A DNA stretch of 64,000 nt from Candidatus Eiseniibacteriota bacterium (lineage in GTDB: Bacteria > Eisenbacteria > RBG-16-71-46 > JABDJR01): assembly GCA_963762255.1 (NCBI GenBank), contig CAVXKA010000001.1, positions 544,001 to 608,000 on the forward strand, given 5' to 3'. The notes below the pieces were generated by a model that ran no database searches, was not told the origin of the DNA, and worked only from the letters and a program-made list of their open reading frames with translations. Positions 21,773 to 33,947 of this stretch are shown here, piece after piece. Every line of letters starts with the position of its first letter. Position 1 is the stretch's first letter. A program made the position numbers and the translations under genes.

Positions 21773-22379
21773 CTAGTCGCGATAGGTGGCCTTGAGATGG
21801 CCCCAGCTCGTGGGCAACGTCGGCACCGGGGTCATGAACTCGAGCAACACGGCGTCGGCGGTCACAAAGCGCTTGCTGGCGCCGTTATAGCACTGGTCGG
21901 TGGCGGTGTGGGACACGCGCACCTTGTGACCCGCCCCGGGCGTGAAGTGACCCTGGCCCACGTAGATGAGCTGGTCGGCGTTGGTCGCGCAGGTCGCGCT
22001 TCCCCGCATGTTCACGTAGAACGTCCTGAGTCCCGTTGCCGTCGACAATCGAGACCTTCACGTTCTCAGCGTTCGGGCCTTTGTTCGAAGAGGTGGCGAC
22101 CCCCCAGGTGAGGAAGATGTGGTAAGTCCCTTCGGTCACGATCGGGGGGATGAAGTCGGCCCACGCGGCGCTGTTCTTGGTGGAACGCGAGCCGTTGGAG
22201 CAAGTTGTCTTATTGCTCTTGGAGGAGCTGTTCTCCCAGCCGGTGCCGCCTTCGACATAGGCGCCGCCGGAAGAACATTTGGCTTCGACAACGACGGGGG
22301 CAACCTCCGAGAATCCGTTGGCGGCCCAGACACTCACGAACGCTGTCGTGCAGATCGCGGCAATGATGCTTCGCTTCAT
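21773..22379 (-). CDS. secreted protein (golvesin/Xly CBM-like beta domain) with C-terminal SWG tail; frameshifted near 22030
   Basis: Signal peptide MKRSIIAAIC; ORFs 21885..22493 and 21773..22048 join by removing one base (IVDGNGT/RTFYVNMRG); ends ADAVLLEF..PVPTLPTSWGHLKATYRD. Confidence 0.7.
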
Positions 22380-22517
22380 GATGCTCCCCCCGATGCAGAC
22401 TCCCCGACAGGGGTGTCGGTAAATTTGGACGTGCATCATTTTCCCACGTCGGCGACTGCAATTCAATTTTAAACTTCCAAATTTCTCGGCCACCCGCGCC
22501 CCCGGCCGAGGGGGCGG

Positions 22518-25500
22518 CTACCACCCGGGCGAGATGAAGAGCCCGAAGTGTCCGCCGCGCTCGGGGCGCTGGAAGGGGTACGCGTAATACCCCTGTAAGA
22601 TCAATGCTCCCAATATGTTGAAGCGCGCTGCGAACCCGGTGCTAAAGACGGGGATGCGCCCCTCGGCGCTGCGAGCCCATTTCAGCTCGAGATCCATCCC
22701 CTGGGGGTCGTCCTGCCACCAGGCCACCCCCCCATCGACAAAGACGGAGAATTCGGTGGGGATATAGGGGAAGTTCAAGAGCCCGTAGGTCTTGGTGCCC
22801 AGGACCGGCACCCGGACCTCGAGGTTCACGACCCCGATCCGGCTGCCTTCCAGCCGATCGAACACCGCGCAGTTCTCGCCGAAGGGACACTCGGATACCT
22901 GAAAACTTCCGCTACGGTAGCCGCGCACCAGCGACTCGTACCCGAGGAAGAGCGGGTTCAAGCGGTCGCTCCCCGAGTCCGACCCGTAGCGCCCCACGTG
23001 CAGAGCGCGAAACGCCACCGTCACCGGGTTGAAGAACTGATAGCGCCGGTAGTCGGCGAGCAGAGTCTGATAGTGCAGGGTGCCGAAGGTGGGGCTGTAT
23101 TCGAGCCGCGACCGCGCGCCGTTGATGGGTGAAGTGAACCCGAAGAACGAGTTGTCGTGGACGAGAGCCACGGTGGGACGGATGAGGCTCACCCCGGCTG
23201 GCGCGGAGAGGTTCTCCTCTCGCACGTCGGTGACCGGCGTGCCGTCCGAAAGCTGGATCTGGGTCTGGGCCTCGCGGCTGAAGCTCAGATACGTGTAGCC
23301 CATCGAGGCTTCGAAGCGCCGCGTGGAGCTGAACGGATAGAAGCCGACGAGCGACACCTCGTCGGAGAAGATGCGCTCCCGCACGTCGTACACCTTGTAG
23401 CCGGGGTGCTCCGATCCGTCGTCAAACGTCACCGTGGTGTCTTGGATTCCGGTGTAGTAGCTGACGTAGGGCACATGGCCGACGATCCCGCCCCAACTCA
23501 CCCGGCGGACGCGGTTCAAGTAGGTCGCCTCGGCGCCGATGTCCTTGATCCCTCCATTGGCGGCCACGGCGGCGCCTACGACATGGTTGCCCAGCATGTC
23601 GCTGAAGTACGCGGTCACGCCGCCGCCTATCGAGGCGCCGAACCGGTCCATGCTCACCCCGGCGCTCACCGCCCCGATGTAGTCGAGCTTGATCGAGGGC
23701 TTGTAGCGGTTGGTGGCGAAATCGGGCTGAGGAGGAAGGCCGGTCGCGGGATCGCCGAGATAGCGGGCGATGAAACTTCGAGGAGCCGACACGTCGGGGG
23801 GAAGGGTGCCCGGCGGCACCGGGCCCGCAACGTAATCGCTGTCCGAACGGGTCCTCGACCACGCGAACAGGGAGTCGGGCATCCCCGGAATCCCCATCCC
23901 GGGCTTCCGGCCGCGGGGCGGGCGCTGCGGACGGGCCAGCACGGTCACGCCGACCGTGGAGGAATCCGGAACCACCCCCGCCGCGGCCAGGGAATCCGCT
24001 CGCGCCTTCCGGGCCACGATCAACGCCGCGGCCAGGGAATCGAGCTTGGCCCGCTCACCCTGCGACGCCCGCGCGAGGAGGGTGTCCGACTCGGCGAGCG
24101 GCACGCCTTGCGCGGCCTCGCCGTCGAGGCCGTACACGTTGTACTCGGCCTTGGCGAACACCGAGAACATGACGCGGCCGGTCCCCCGCGACACCGAGAT
24201 GGCCGGCGACAGTTCACTGATCCCGCTCACACCGGTGGCAAGCGTTGTGACTCGGTGGATCTCCCCGCCGGAGAGATTCATGCGGTAGATGTCGCTGAAC
24301 CCGTCGCGGTCGGAGATGAAGTAGAGGCTTTGGCCGTCGGGGGAGAACTGCGGATCGATGTGCTTGGCGCCGGGGAACGGAGCAAGCGTCCGAATCTCCC
24401 CGCTCGCCACGTCCATGAGCCCGATGTGCATCTTCTCGTAGGTCAGCTTCTCGAAGTCGGTGCCCGGGCCGCGATCGGTCACGAACGCGAGCGTCCCGCC
24501 GTCCGGCGACCACGCCGGAGACAGCTCGGCCTCGCGACCGTGGGTGATCTGCCGCGTGTCCTCGGTCTTCAACTCGACGAGGTAGAGGTCGCTGATCCCA
24601 CCCGCGGTGCCCGAGAACACGATCGAGCCGCCGTCCGGCGACCACGCCGGGTTGGCGATCCCGCCCACATCCGGCACGCGAATGCGTTGACGCGTCTTGC
24701 CCGACTCGGCGTCCACGATCACGATCTCGTTGTTGCCGTCCGCGAAGACCACGAAGGCGAGGCGTCGACCGTCCGGCGACCAGGAGCCCGCCGAATCGAT
24801 GAAGCGCAACGCGTCGTAATGGGCATCCGTGGCGGAGCTGGTCAGACGCTTGAGCACCTTGCCGGTGCGCGCGTCCGCGACGAAGAGATCGATCGAGAAC
24901 AGATCGCGCTCGGAGAGGAACGCGACCCGAGAACCGTCCGGGCTCAATACCGGAGCGATGTTCACGGTCCCCCCGTCGAGATCGGGGGCGAGGACCTTGA
25001 GCCCGGCGGAGTCGGGCGGCGTCCGCCCGACCAGGTCGAGGCGATACGCGCGCCGCGTGTCCTCGGCCCACGCCTTGGACAGCGTGTCCGGCCCCATTCC
25101 GGTGTAGCGGGCGAAGGCGTACTCGATGTTGCGGCGCCCGGCGGCATAGAAGATCTTGCGCACCGTATCGTCGCCCCAGCGCCCGCCGACGTAGGCCCAG
25201 AGCGCCTGACCGTAGCGATAGGGGAAGTACTTGGAGTCCGTGGTGAGCTTCTTGATCGTGGGGAAATCGTCGTGGAGCACCGCGTCCCGGAGCCACATCG
25301 CGGTGTTGGGATCCCGGCGGCCCACCGAGAGGTACTCCGCCATTCCCTCGACGAGCCACAACGGCATCCGCTCCATGCGAAAGACCAGGCTGTCTTCGTT
25401 GGCCTGCGCAATGTCGTACTGGAAGACGTGCACCAACTCGTGGCCGAGCACGTGATCGGTGCTGGCGTAGTCGCCGGTGAGCGGCAGCACGATGCGGCTC

Positions 25501-25871
25501 TTCGCCGACTCGGTTACGCCCCCCGTGCCTTCACCGAGGAATCCCTCCAGCACGTTGGTCTGCTGGAAGTCGGCGTGGTTGGCGTAGAGGATGATCGGCT
25601 TGCGCTCCTTGGGCGCGTGCTCGAGCGCGGCCACGTAGCGGTCGTACCAGCGCTCGGCCATGCGGCCGAGGTCGCGCGCAGCCTGCTCCTCCTGAGGGTA
25701 GTAGTGGATGTCGAAGTGGTCCGTGGAGAGCACCCTGAATCGGAAATGCTCGTACTGGACCTTGTTGCGTCCGAAGTACTGCGCGCTTGCTGGGGTGGCG
25801 ACGACACCCAGGGTCAGTGCGGCCAGGATGCCGGCGGCGAGACCTCGGCGGATGTTCAGACGACGGCGCAT
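22518..25871 (-). CDS. Omp85/BamA-superfamily outer membrane protein with N-terminal zincin-like domain and PD40/TolB-like propeller
   Basis: QYFGRNKVQY, HELVH, repeated PAWSPDG; C-terminal barrel with VRGY, FVDGG and terminal W. Confidence 0.85.
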   Translation of the reverse strand: MRRRLNIRRGLAAGILAALTLGVVATPASAQYFGRNKVQYEHFRFRVLSTDHFDIHYYPQEEQAARDLGRMAERWYDRYVAALEHAPKERKPIILYANHADFQQTNVLEGFLGEGTGGVTESAKSRIVLPLTGDYASTDHVLGHELVHVFQYDIAQANEDSLVFRMERMPLWLVEGMAEYLSVGRRDPNTAMWLRDAVLHDDFPTIKKLTTDSKYFPYRYGQALWAYVGGRWGDDTVRKIFYAAGRRNIEYAFARYTGMGPDTLSKAWAEDTRRAYRLDLVGRTPPDSAGLKVLAPDLDGGTVNIAPVLSPDGSRVAFLSERDLFSIDLFVADARTGKVLKRLTSSATDAHYDALRFIDSAGSWSPDGRRLAFVVFADGNNEIVIVDAESGKTRQRIRVPDVGGIANPAWSPDGGSIVFSGTAGGISDLYLVELKTEDTRQITHGREAELSPAWSPDGGTLAFVTDRGPGTDFEKLTYEKMHIGLMDVASGEIRTLAPFPGAKHIDPQFSPDGQSLYFISDRDGFSDIYRMNLSGGEIHRVTTLATGVSGISELSPAISVSRGTGRVMFSVFAKAEYNVYGLDGEAAQGVPLAESDTLLARASQGERAKLDSLAAALIVARKARADSLAAAGVVPDSSTVGVTVLARPQRPPRGRKPGMGIPGMPDSLFAWSRTRSDSDYVAGPVPPGTLPPDVSAPRSFIARYLGDPATGLPPQPDFATNRYKPSIKLDYIGAVSAGVSMDRFGASIGGGVTAYFSDMLGNHVVGAAVAANGGIKDIGAEATYLNRVRRVSWGGIVGHVPYVSYYTGIQDTTVTFDDGSEHPGYKVYDVRERIFSDEVSLVGFYPFSSTRRFEASMGYTYLSFSREAQTQIQLSDGTPVTDVREENLSAPAGVSLIRPTVALVHDNSFFGFTSPINGARSRLEYSPTFGTLHYQTLLADYRRYQFFNPVTVAFRALHVGRYGSDSGSDRLNPLFLGYESLVRGYRSGSFQVSECPFGENCAVFDRLEGSRIGVVNLEVRVPVLGTKTYGLLNFPYIPTEFSVFVDGGVAWWQDDPQGMDLELKWARSAEGRIPVFSTGFAARFNILGALILQGYYAYPFQRPERGGHFGLFISPGW

Positions 25872-25887
25872 GGTGCTCTTCCCTCGG

Positions 25888-27021
25888 TCAAACCCTGTCC
25901 AACTCGATCTTCATCGACAAGAATTCCATCAGATCCTTGAGGGAGAGAACGCCGACCAGCTTCTGTCCTTCCACTACCATGAGGCGGCTCACCCCGTGGA
26001 CGCGCATCCGGGTGAGGGCCTCCATCGCATCGGTGCCCGGTCCGATGGTGTTTTCCTCGGAACATCCTACCGCAATATCCCGCACTCGCACCCAATCCCA
26101 TTTCTCGCGGGGCACCTGCTTCACCTGGGCCAGGGTCACGCACCCATCGAGTCGCCCTTCGTCCACCACCGGATAGAGCTTGTGGTGGGTACGGAAGACG
26201 TAGTCCTCGACCAGATCCCTCACGTAGGTCGCCGGGTCCACGGTGACCGGATCCGGGGTCATGAACCGCCGGACCGGCTCCCCTTCCAGGGCTCGGCGCA
26301 GAACGAGCTGCTGGTAGGTCTGGCCCGCCGCACCGCGCAGGAAGAGTCCGATCAGAAGCCACCAGATCCCGCCCACCGTATTCCCGCGAACGATCGAGAC
26401 CACTCCGAGGATGATGAGCAGAACGCCGAAGCCGGAGCCGATGCTGGATGTAACCCGGGTCGCCCAGCGGATGTTCCCGGAGCGCCCCCAGAGAATGGCC
26501 CGCAACACCCGCCCGCCGTCCAGGGGAAACGCGGGAACGAGGTTGAAGGCGGCGAGCACGGCGTTGATCCAGGCGAGGTACTGGAGGACGCCGAGAACGG
26601 GAATCCCGACCCTGCCCACCAGAGCGCGGCTCAGACCCATCGCAACCCCGGCCAGAACGAGGCTCGACAGCGGGCCCGCTCCGGCCATGAACAACTCTGC
26701 CCGAGGGCTCGGGGGCTCGCTCTTCATCTCCGCCACCCCGCCGAAGATGAACAAGGTGATGCCGCTTATCTCGATGCCGAACCGGCGCGCGACCAGCGAG
26801 TGGGACAGCTCGTGAAAGACGATCGACAGGAAGAGCCCGAGCGCTCCCGCCACACCCATGGCCAGATAGACGGCCGAGGACAGGTGCGGATGGCGGTCGG
26901 GGAAGAGGCCCGCCGAGAGCGACCACACGATCATGACCGCGATGAAGACCCAGCTCAGGTCGATGCGGACGGCGAACCCGAATAGCTTGAAGAGCGTGAT
27001 GGATCTTCCGAACATATCCAC
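25888..27021 (-). CDS. site-2 protease (M50) with CBS pair
   Basis: HELSH, AGAGPLSS, FNLVPAFPLDGGR; two CBS domains. Confidence 0.93.
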   Translation of the reverse strand: MDMFGRSITLFKLFGFAVRIDLSWVFIAVMIVWSLSAGLFPDRHPHLSSAVYLAMGVAGALGLFLSIVFHELSHSLVARRFGIEISGITLFIFGGVAEMKSEPPSPRAELFMAGAGPLSSLVLAGVAMGLSRALVGRVGIPVLGVLQYLAWINAVLAAFNLVPAFPLDGGRVLRAILWGRSGNIRWATRVTSSIGSGFGVLLIILGVVSIVRGNTVGGIWWLLIGLFLRGAAGQTYQQLVLRRALEGEPVRRFMTPDPVTVDPATYVRDLVEDYVFRTHHKLYPVVDEGRLDGCVTLAQVKQVPREKWDWVRVRDIAVGCSEENTIGPGTDAMEALTRMRVHGVSRLMVVEGQKLVGVLSLKDLMEFLSMKIELDRV

Positions 27022-27026
27022 ACTCC

Positions 27027-27072
27027 TTGCACCGGACGGCCCGTTCCCGTTGCGCCGGACGGCCCGTTCCCG
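27027..27072. repeat. 23-bp tandem duplication in a divergent promoter region
   Basis: TTGC(A/G)CCGGACGGCCCGTTCCCG twice, one mismatch. Confidence 0.9.
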
Positions 27073-27120
27073 GCTTTGAGCTTATACGATCCGGAGCGAT
27101 CGCGTGATAGGATCGCATCC

Positions 27121-30100
27121 ATGACGGCGCGGTCGGCGTTCGAGGTGTGGGCGCATCCCGATGTGATGCGATTGGAGCGGGAGTTGGCCGCCCGTGTGCG
27201 CGCGCTGCGCGCTTCCCCCGCCGATGCGTTCGATCCCGTCCTGGTGCTGGTCCCGTCGCGCCGCCAGATGCTGCGGACGCGGGAAATGCTCGCGCGCGAG
27301 GCGGGCGCGCTGCTCGGCGTCGAAGTGCTCACGCATCAGGCCCTGGCCTACCGCCTCGTGGAGGCGGATCCCGAGCGCCCGGCGCCGGCGCTGGCCTCCC
27401 GCGCGCTCCGCGAAACGCTGGTCGAGTCGTTGCTGGAGTCGCGCACGGAGAGCGCGAAGGAGGGCACGCTTGCCGGCTATGTCGGCGAGCACCCCACCGC
27501 GTTCGGCCCCTTGACCGGCGTGCTGCGGGAGCTGCGCGAGGCGGGAGTGACCGCCGAGGATCTGGAGCGTGCCGGCGACGGGCGCTACACCGCCGAGCTG
27601 GCATCTCTCCTGCGTGAGTACGAAGAGGCGCTGGCGCGATTGGCCGCCGCACCCGCGGGGTGGACCGATCGTGCGGGGCTCGCGCGGCTGGCGGCGCGCG
27701 CCGCTCTGGGGGGGCGTGTTCCGACGTATCGCGCGGTGCTCCAATACGGCGCCTACGAATTGATCGGCATGAACCTGGAGTTGGTGCGCGCGCTCCCCGC
27801 GCGTGAGCCGAAGGTCTTTCTCGTTCCCGGGGACGTCGCCGCGCCCGCGTGGCGCCACTCGCTGCGGTTCTTCGAGCGTCACCTCGGGGTGACGCCGCGG
27901 GCACTCCCCGAGGACGGGGAGGTTCGCGTGTTCGTCAGCGCGGCGCGCGCGCTCCGGGAGGCGGACACGGGCGCGGACGGTGCGGCGACACGCGCGACGG
28001 CGCCGATCGCGTTCATGCACACGCAGGGGCCCGAGGCCGAACTCAACGCCGCCGCGCGCGCCGCGCTGCGGCTCGTCGGTGACGGCGTGCCCCCTCACGA
28101 GATCGGGATCGTGGCGCGCACGCTCGATCCCTATGCCGCGCTGGCCGAGACGGTCTTCCAACGCCACTTGCTCCCCGTCGATTCCTCGGCGACGCTCCCG
28201 CTGTCCCGCCATCCCAAGGCTCGCGCATTCGTGCTCCTGGTGCGCGCACTGGCGGAGGACTTCGAGCGGCAGACGATGGTGGACCTGCTCCGCTCCCCCT
28301 TCCTCCGGCACGGCCTTCCCGAGGAGAAGCGCCGTCGCTGGCGCCCCGACACATGGGATCGCTGGTCGCGCCGCTACTCGATCGTGGCCGGTGCGTCCGC
28401 GTGGACCGAGGACCTTCCGTCGGCGCTGCGCAACGAAGCGCCGCCCGTCTGGCTGGAGGACGATCCCGAGGAGACGAAGCGATTCGAGGCGCGCCACGCC
28501 GACGACGTGGCGTCGGCGGAGACGCTGGCCGCGACGGTGCGGGAGTGGGTCAACGCGCGCGCCGCGTGGCGCGCGTGCCGGACCGGCGCCGAGCACGCAC
28601 AGTTCTTGCGCGCGCTCGCCGCGCGGTGGATCCGCCGATGGAACGAGATCGACCCCGGCAACGCGCCCGACTCGCGCGCGATCCGCGGCGCGCTGCAAGG
28701 CATTCTCGACGAACTGGAGTCCCTGGATGCCTGCGATGCCGCGCTCGGCGATTTCGAGTTCGAGCGACGCGGACGCAGGTGCAAGCGAGCCGCTCGGCTT
28801 GCACGACGTACTGAGCTTCGTCGAAACCTCGGTCGATGACGCCCGACTCCCCTGGCCCCCGGTCGACGGCGTGCGGTTCCTCGACGTGATGCAGGCCCGC
28901 GGCCTCGCGTTCAGACACCTCTTCCTCATCGGCTTCAACGCGGATCTCCTGCCGCGCAGACCGCGCGAGGATCTCTTTCTACGGGATCGCGTACGCGAGC
29001 GGCTCCGCGAGGCAACCGCGAACCCGCTTGCCGTGCGTCGCGAGGCTCGCGAGGAGGAGTGGCTCCTGTTCGCGATGACCGTGGCGGCGGCGGTCGAGTC
29101 GCTCACCGTGATCTGGCAGCGGGCGGATGCCGAGGGCAAGGCACGCACGGTTTCGCTCTTCCTGCGCGAACTCTCGCGCGTGGCGACCGTCCCGCCGGAT
29201 CCGGCAAGAGATTCGATGAACCCGGTGCGCGTGCCGACCCATCCGGCGCGCGCGGCGGAGCACCTGATCGACCGCCACGGGCTCCTCTCTCGCGAGGAGG
29301 CCGCGCTGCTGGCCGCCGATCTCGCGTCGCACCCGGATCGCGGGCTCACTGCATTCCTCAAGGGCCTCGATCCCGACCTGGAGCGCGCGCTCGGGCCGGG
29401 CATCTCGCTCGCTCGCTCGATCGAGCGGTTCGAGGGCGACCCCAAGGATGCATGTCTCGGATTGCGCTTCGACGGGTATCTCCCGGACGGGCTCGGATGG
29501 GAGCGGCACTTCTCCGCATCCAGCCTGCGCACGCTTGCGCGCTGCCCGCAAACCTTCTTCTTCGAAAAAGTGCTGGGGGTGCGACCGCTGGAGGACGCCG
29601 CCGAGGAATATCGCTTCGGCTCACGGGAACTCGGCAGCCTCGTCCACGAAATTCTGGAGCGCGTATTCCGGGATCTTGACGAGGAGAAGCGGCTGCGCGG
29701 CAAGGACGACCCGGCCGATCTGACGCGCGCGGGGCTTCGCGCGCTGCGCCTGCGCTGGAAGGAGGCGCTCGCGCCCATGCGCAACCGCATGCACGCGCAC
29801 TACCCGGTTCTGTTCGAGCACGCGGAGGCGCTCTGGTTGGCCGAGATCGAGGCGTTTCTCTCGTACGACTTGGATCGGCTGGCCCGCGAGGGTTACCGTT
29901 TCAAGGGCACGGAGGTTGCGTGCCAGGCGGAAGTTCCCCTCGCGCGCGGAGCGGCTCTCTTGCGCGCCGAAAAGATCCCGCTCGATCTCCTCACTGCCGC
30001 GGCCAAAGGCGTGCCGCTCTTGCCGATCATCGGAGTATTCGACCGCGTCGTCACGGACGCGTCGGGCTCGTGGCTCGTGAGCGACTACAAGACAGCGGGT

Positions 30101-30550
30101 GATCTCGATCGGCAAGTCGACGCGGGAAGCTATCTGACCGCTCGTGACTGTCAGGCGCCGCTCTACGTGCTGCTCGCCGAGGCGGGCGGCGCTCCGGCTG
30201 GAGCGCGATCAGAGCTGCTGGGCGTCGGGCCCGATTTCCTTCCCGAAGGAGGGGCGGCGCGAACGGGCGCGGTGCCGCTCGACCCGGAGGCGTTCGACGG
30301 AGCGCGCGCGGGTTTCGAGGAAACGCTCGGCGTACTCGCCTCCTCCGCGCGGCGCGGGCGATTCCCGTTTTCCACCGGCGGCCACTGCGACTACTGCGAG
30401 TTCACCTCGGCGTGCCGCCGCTTCCACTATCCGAGCCGCGTGCGGGTGGAAGGCCACGAGGAGTACGCGACCTACTTCGCGACGCAGTCCAAGACGCGGA
30501 CCAAGCCCACCCTCGCCGATGTGCGCGGCGGCGAGGAGGACGAACGGTGA
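27121..30550 (+). CDS. addB: AddB-like helicase/nuclease subunit B (PD-(D/E)XK); frameshifted near 28760
   Basis: ORFs 27076..28839 and 27980..30550 join; ARGLAF, FSASSLRTLARCP, GSLVHEILE, FDRV, SDYKT, Q.PLY, CDYCEFTSAC. Confidence 0.8.
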
Positions 30551-33500
30551 GAGCGAAACCGCTCCCCGACGCCGATGCCCGCGTCCGCGCGGCCACTGTC
30601 TTCGACACCAACCTCGTGGTGGTGGCCGGCGCCGGCACCGGCAAGACGAGCCTCCTCGTGGAGCGGGTGTTGAACCTGGTCTTGACCGGCCGGGCGGCCC
30701 TCGGCGAGATCCTCGCCATCACCTTCACCGACAAGGCCGCCGGGGAGATGCGCGAGCGCGTGGCCGAGGCGCTGGACTCCATTCTCGCCGGCGGAGGCGG
30801 CACGGATGACGAGGCGTCCCGCAGCCTCGCCTGGCTGCGCGGCTCGGCCAAAGGTCCCTGACGACGCCATTCGCGAGCGCGCCGTGGCCGCGATCGAGAT
30901 GCTCGACACCGCGCCGATCAGCACGATCCACTCCTATTGCTCCGATCTCCTGCGACGATTCGCCGACCGCGCCGACCTTCCGCCTGAATTCGGCGTGGAC
31001 GAGGGGCTGAGCCAGGAACTGCTTTTCGAAGAACTCTGGCCCGACTTTCTGGCCGAGGAACTCGGCGCCGACGCCACGCGGGTGGCGCTCTGGCAACGCG
31101 TGCTCGATGCGTTCGGGGAAGCGGAGATCGAGGAGACGGCTCGCGTCATCGCGCTCGCCGACGCCGCCGCCGACCTCCTCGCCGCCGAGGGCTATCGCTC
31201 GCTCGACCTGCGCACACTGTACGGAGCGCGTGTCGGCGCGCTGCTTGCCGATCTGGAATCCGCGCGCGGAGAGATCAAGGCGCGCGCCAACTCGAAGATG
31301 CCCCAGATGCTGGATAGCCTGCTCGTGCTGCTGCGCGCGTTCGCGGACGGGGGTGCCGAGGCCGTTCGAGCGGTGGATGCGGAGCGTCTCCCCCTCCCCG
31401 ATATCTGGGACCGCTCGAAGAGCTTCACCGCCGGCGGGGTCTCCGACGAGCGCAAGCAACAGATCGAGAGGGCGGCCACCGACGCGCTCCGGCTCTTGCG
31501 TTCTCTGCGCGAGGCGAACGAACCCGAGATCGCCGCGCTTCTCGAGGCGCTTCGCCCGTTCGCCGCCTTGTTCCGCCGTCGCATCCGCCGCGACGGCATT
31601 CTTGCCTACGAAGATCTCCTGCTGCTCGCGCGCGATCTCCTGCGCGACCGCCCCGAAGTGCGCCGTGAAGAGGCCGAGCGCATCCGTTACATCCTGGTGG
31701 ACGAGTTCCAGGACACCGATCCGCTCCAATACGAAATCGTATTCCTGCTCGCCGCCAAGGACCGCACCTCGCGGATCGCCGACCCCTTCGCCGCCGAGAT
31801 CGAGGCCTCGCGCCTCTTCATCGTGGGCGATCCCAAGCAATCCATCTATCGCTTCCGCGGCGCCGACATGGCCGCGTTCGTACGCGCGACCGATCTCGTG
31901 AAGGAAGCGGGCGAGGCGCAGAGCCTCATCACCAATTTCCGCAGCGTTCCCGATGTCGTGGATCCGCTCAATCGCCTTTTCGAAAGGTGGATCGGGCCGC
32001 AGGACGAGGGCGAGCGCGACGTCGAGCCCGTCTACGACGCGATCGCCGCTCACCGCGATCCCGTTGCCGACCCTCCCCGCGTCGAACTCTGGTCGGTGAT
32101 CGCTCCCGAGGGCACGGATGCCGAGACCCGGCGCATCGCCGAGGCGCGCGAGATCGCGCGGGAGATCGCGGAACTCTGCCGGCCGGGGTCCGCGTTCCCC
32201 GTCGGCGACCCTCCCGGCGACCGCCCCTGCACGCTGCGCGATATCGCGATCCTCATGCGCTCGCTCACCGACGTGACCCTCTACACGCGCGAGTTACGCG
32301 AAGCCGGCATCGATTACGTGATCGGCGGAGGGAAGGCCTTCACCGAGCGCCCCGAGGTGGTGGAGGCGCTGGCGCTCCTCGAAGCGCTGGCCAACCCCGC
32401 CGACCCGGTGGCCGCGCTCGCCGTGCTGCGCTCCGCGTTCGGCGGCGCCGACGACGGTGCCCTCGCCGCGTTCGCCCGCGACGGCGGACGGTTCTACTGG
32501 CCGGGAACGCTTTCCGAGGAACTCGCCGCCGCCCACCCGTTGGTCGCCGCCGCCTTCAAGCGGCTCGCGCGCCTCGACCACGACACCCGCTACCTTCCGG
32601 TGGACCGCCGCGTGCAGGCCGTTCTCACCGAGAGCGAGTTCCTCCTCGCGCAGTGCGCGTTCACCGACGGCGGCCAGCGCGTGGCGAACGTGCGGAAGCT
32701 CGCGGAGCGCACCGCCACGCTGGCGCGCGACCGCGGACTGACGCTCGAAGAGGCGATCCTGCACCTGCGCGACGAGTTCACGGGCAATCGCGCGGAAGCG
32801 GAGAGCCCGCTCGCCGACGAGGCGGTGAACGCCGTGCGCGTGATCACCATCCACAAGGCGAAGGGGCTCGAATACCCGGTCGTCTTCCTCCCTGACCTCG
32901 GCCGGATGAAGCCCAACGAATGGCCGGAGACGCGCGCGGGCCTGTTCAGGTGCCACGGCGCGGTCTGGATCTCGCTCGTGAGCGCGGGGCGCAAGCGCGA
33001 AACACGCCGACGCAACGTCGCCGCGATGCTCGCGCGCGAAGAGAACGCTCGGCACGAAACCGCCGAGGAGAAACGTCTCCTCTACGTGGCGACGACGCGC
33101 GCCCGTGACAAGCTCGTGCTCGTCAACAGCGCGGTCTCGCGCTTGCCCTCCTGGGTGAAGGCGCTCCAGGAGCACTGGGGCTACGCGATCGACAAAGAGG
33201 ACGTCGAGCACCCCTTCGCCGGCAGCGGCGACTCGCTCCTGGACGGCGCGGTCACGCACCGGGAGATCACGTCGGCGCCACGTAAGGCCGGGGCGCTCCG
33301 GGCCGAACCGCGCGATGTGCTCCGGGCGGCGATCGCGTTTCGGGAGGTGGCCGAGCGCGCGGCGGCCTCGGCGGAGCATCGCTTCCGCACACCGAGTGCG
33401 GACCGGCGCGCGGACGCGGTGGAGCAAGCCGCGCAGGACGACGCCGAGGGCGCGGTGGAGCGCCTGCGCGAGCTGCCCCGCGCGGTGGGGCTCGCCGTAC

Positions 33501-33947
33501 ACGCCGCGCTGGAGCGGACCGACTTCGCGAAACCCGAGACCGCGGGCGCGGCGCTCACCGCGGCCGCCGAGGCCGCCGCGCGCGAGATCGGATGCGCGGC
33601 GGAGGATGTGCTCGCCGGAGCACAGACTCGCACTGCGCGGGTTGCTGGCATCGCCCATCATGAAACGCCTTGCCGCCGCCGAAATCCTTGGACGGGAAAC
33701 GCCCATTCTCTTCCGCGACCCCGACGGGAAGACCGTGCACGGCTACGCGGACCTCATCTACCGCGTGGACGGTCGCGTACACGTCGCCGACTACAAGACC
33801 GACGAAGCCTCCGCCGCCGAGGCCGCCGATCGCTATCGCGCGCAACTTGCCGACTACGCCGTCGCGGTGCGCGTCGCGATGGGTCTCGACGAGCCCCCCG
33901 CCACCGAACTCATCCTCGTTCGCACCGGCGAACGCGTGGAGCTGTGA
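30547..33947 (+). CDS. addA: AddA-like UvrD helicase/nuclease; frameshifts near 30850 and 33620
   Basis: AGAGTGKT Walker A, TFTDKAA, STIHSYC, VDEFQD, VGDPKQSIYRFRGAD, TIHKAKGLE, LYVATTRA; C-terminal GYADL..DYKT in the shifted frame. Confidence 0.85.

Noticed and set aside
27121-33947. Helicase-nuclease pair as a novel defence system
   Set aside because: Motifs, gene order, Fe-S cysteines and host-like GC match housekeeping AddAB.
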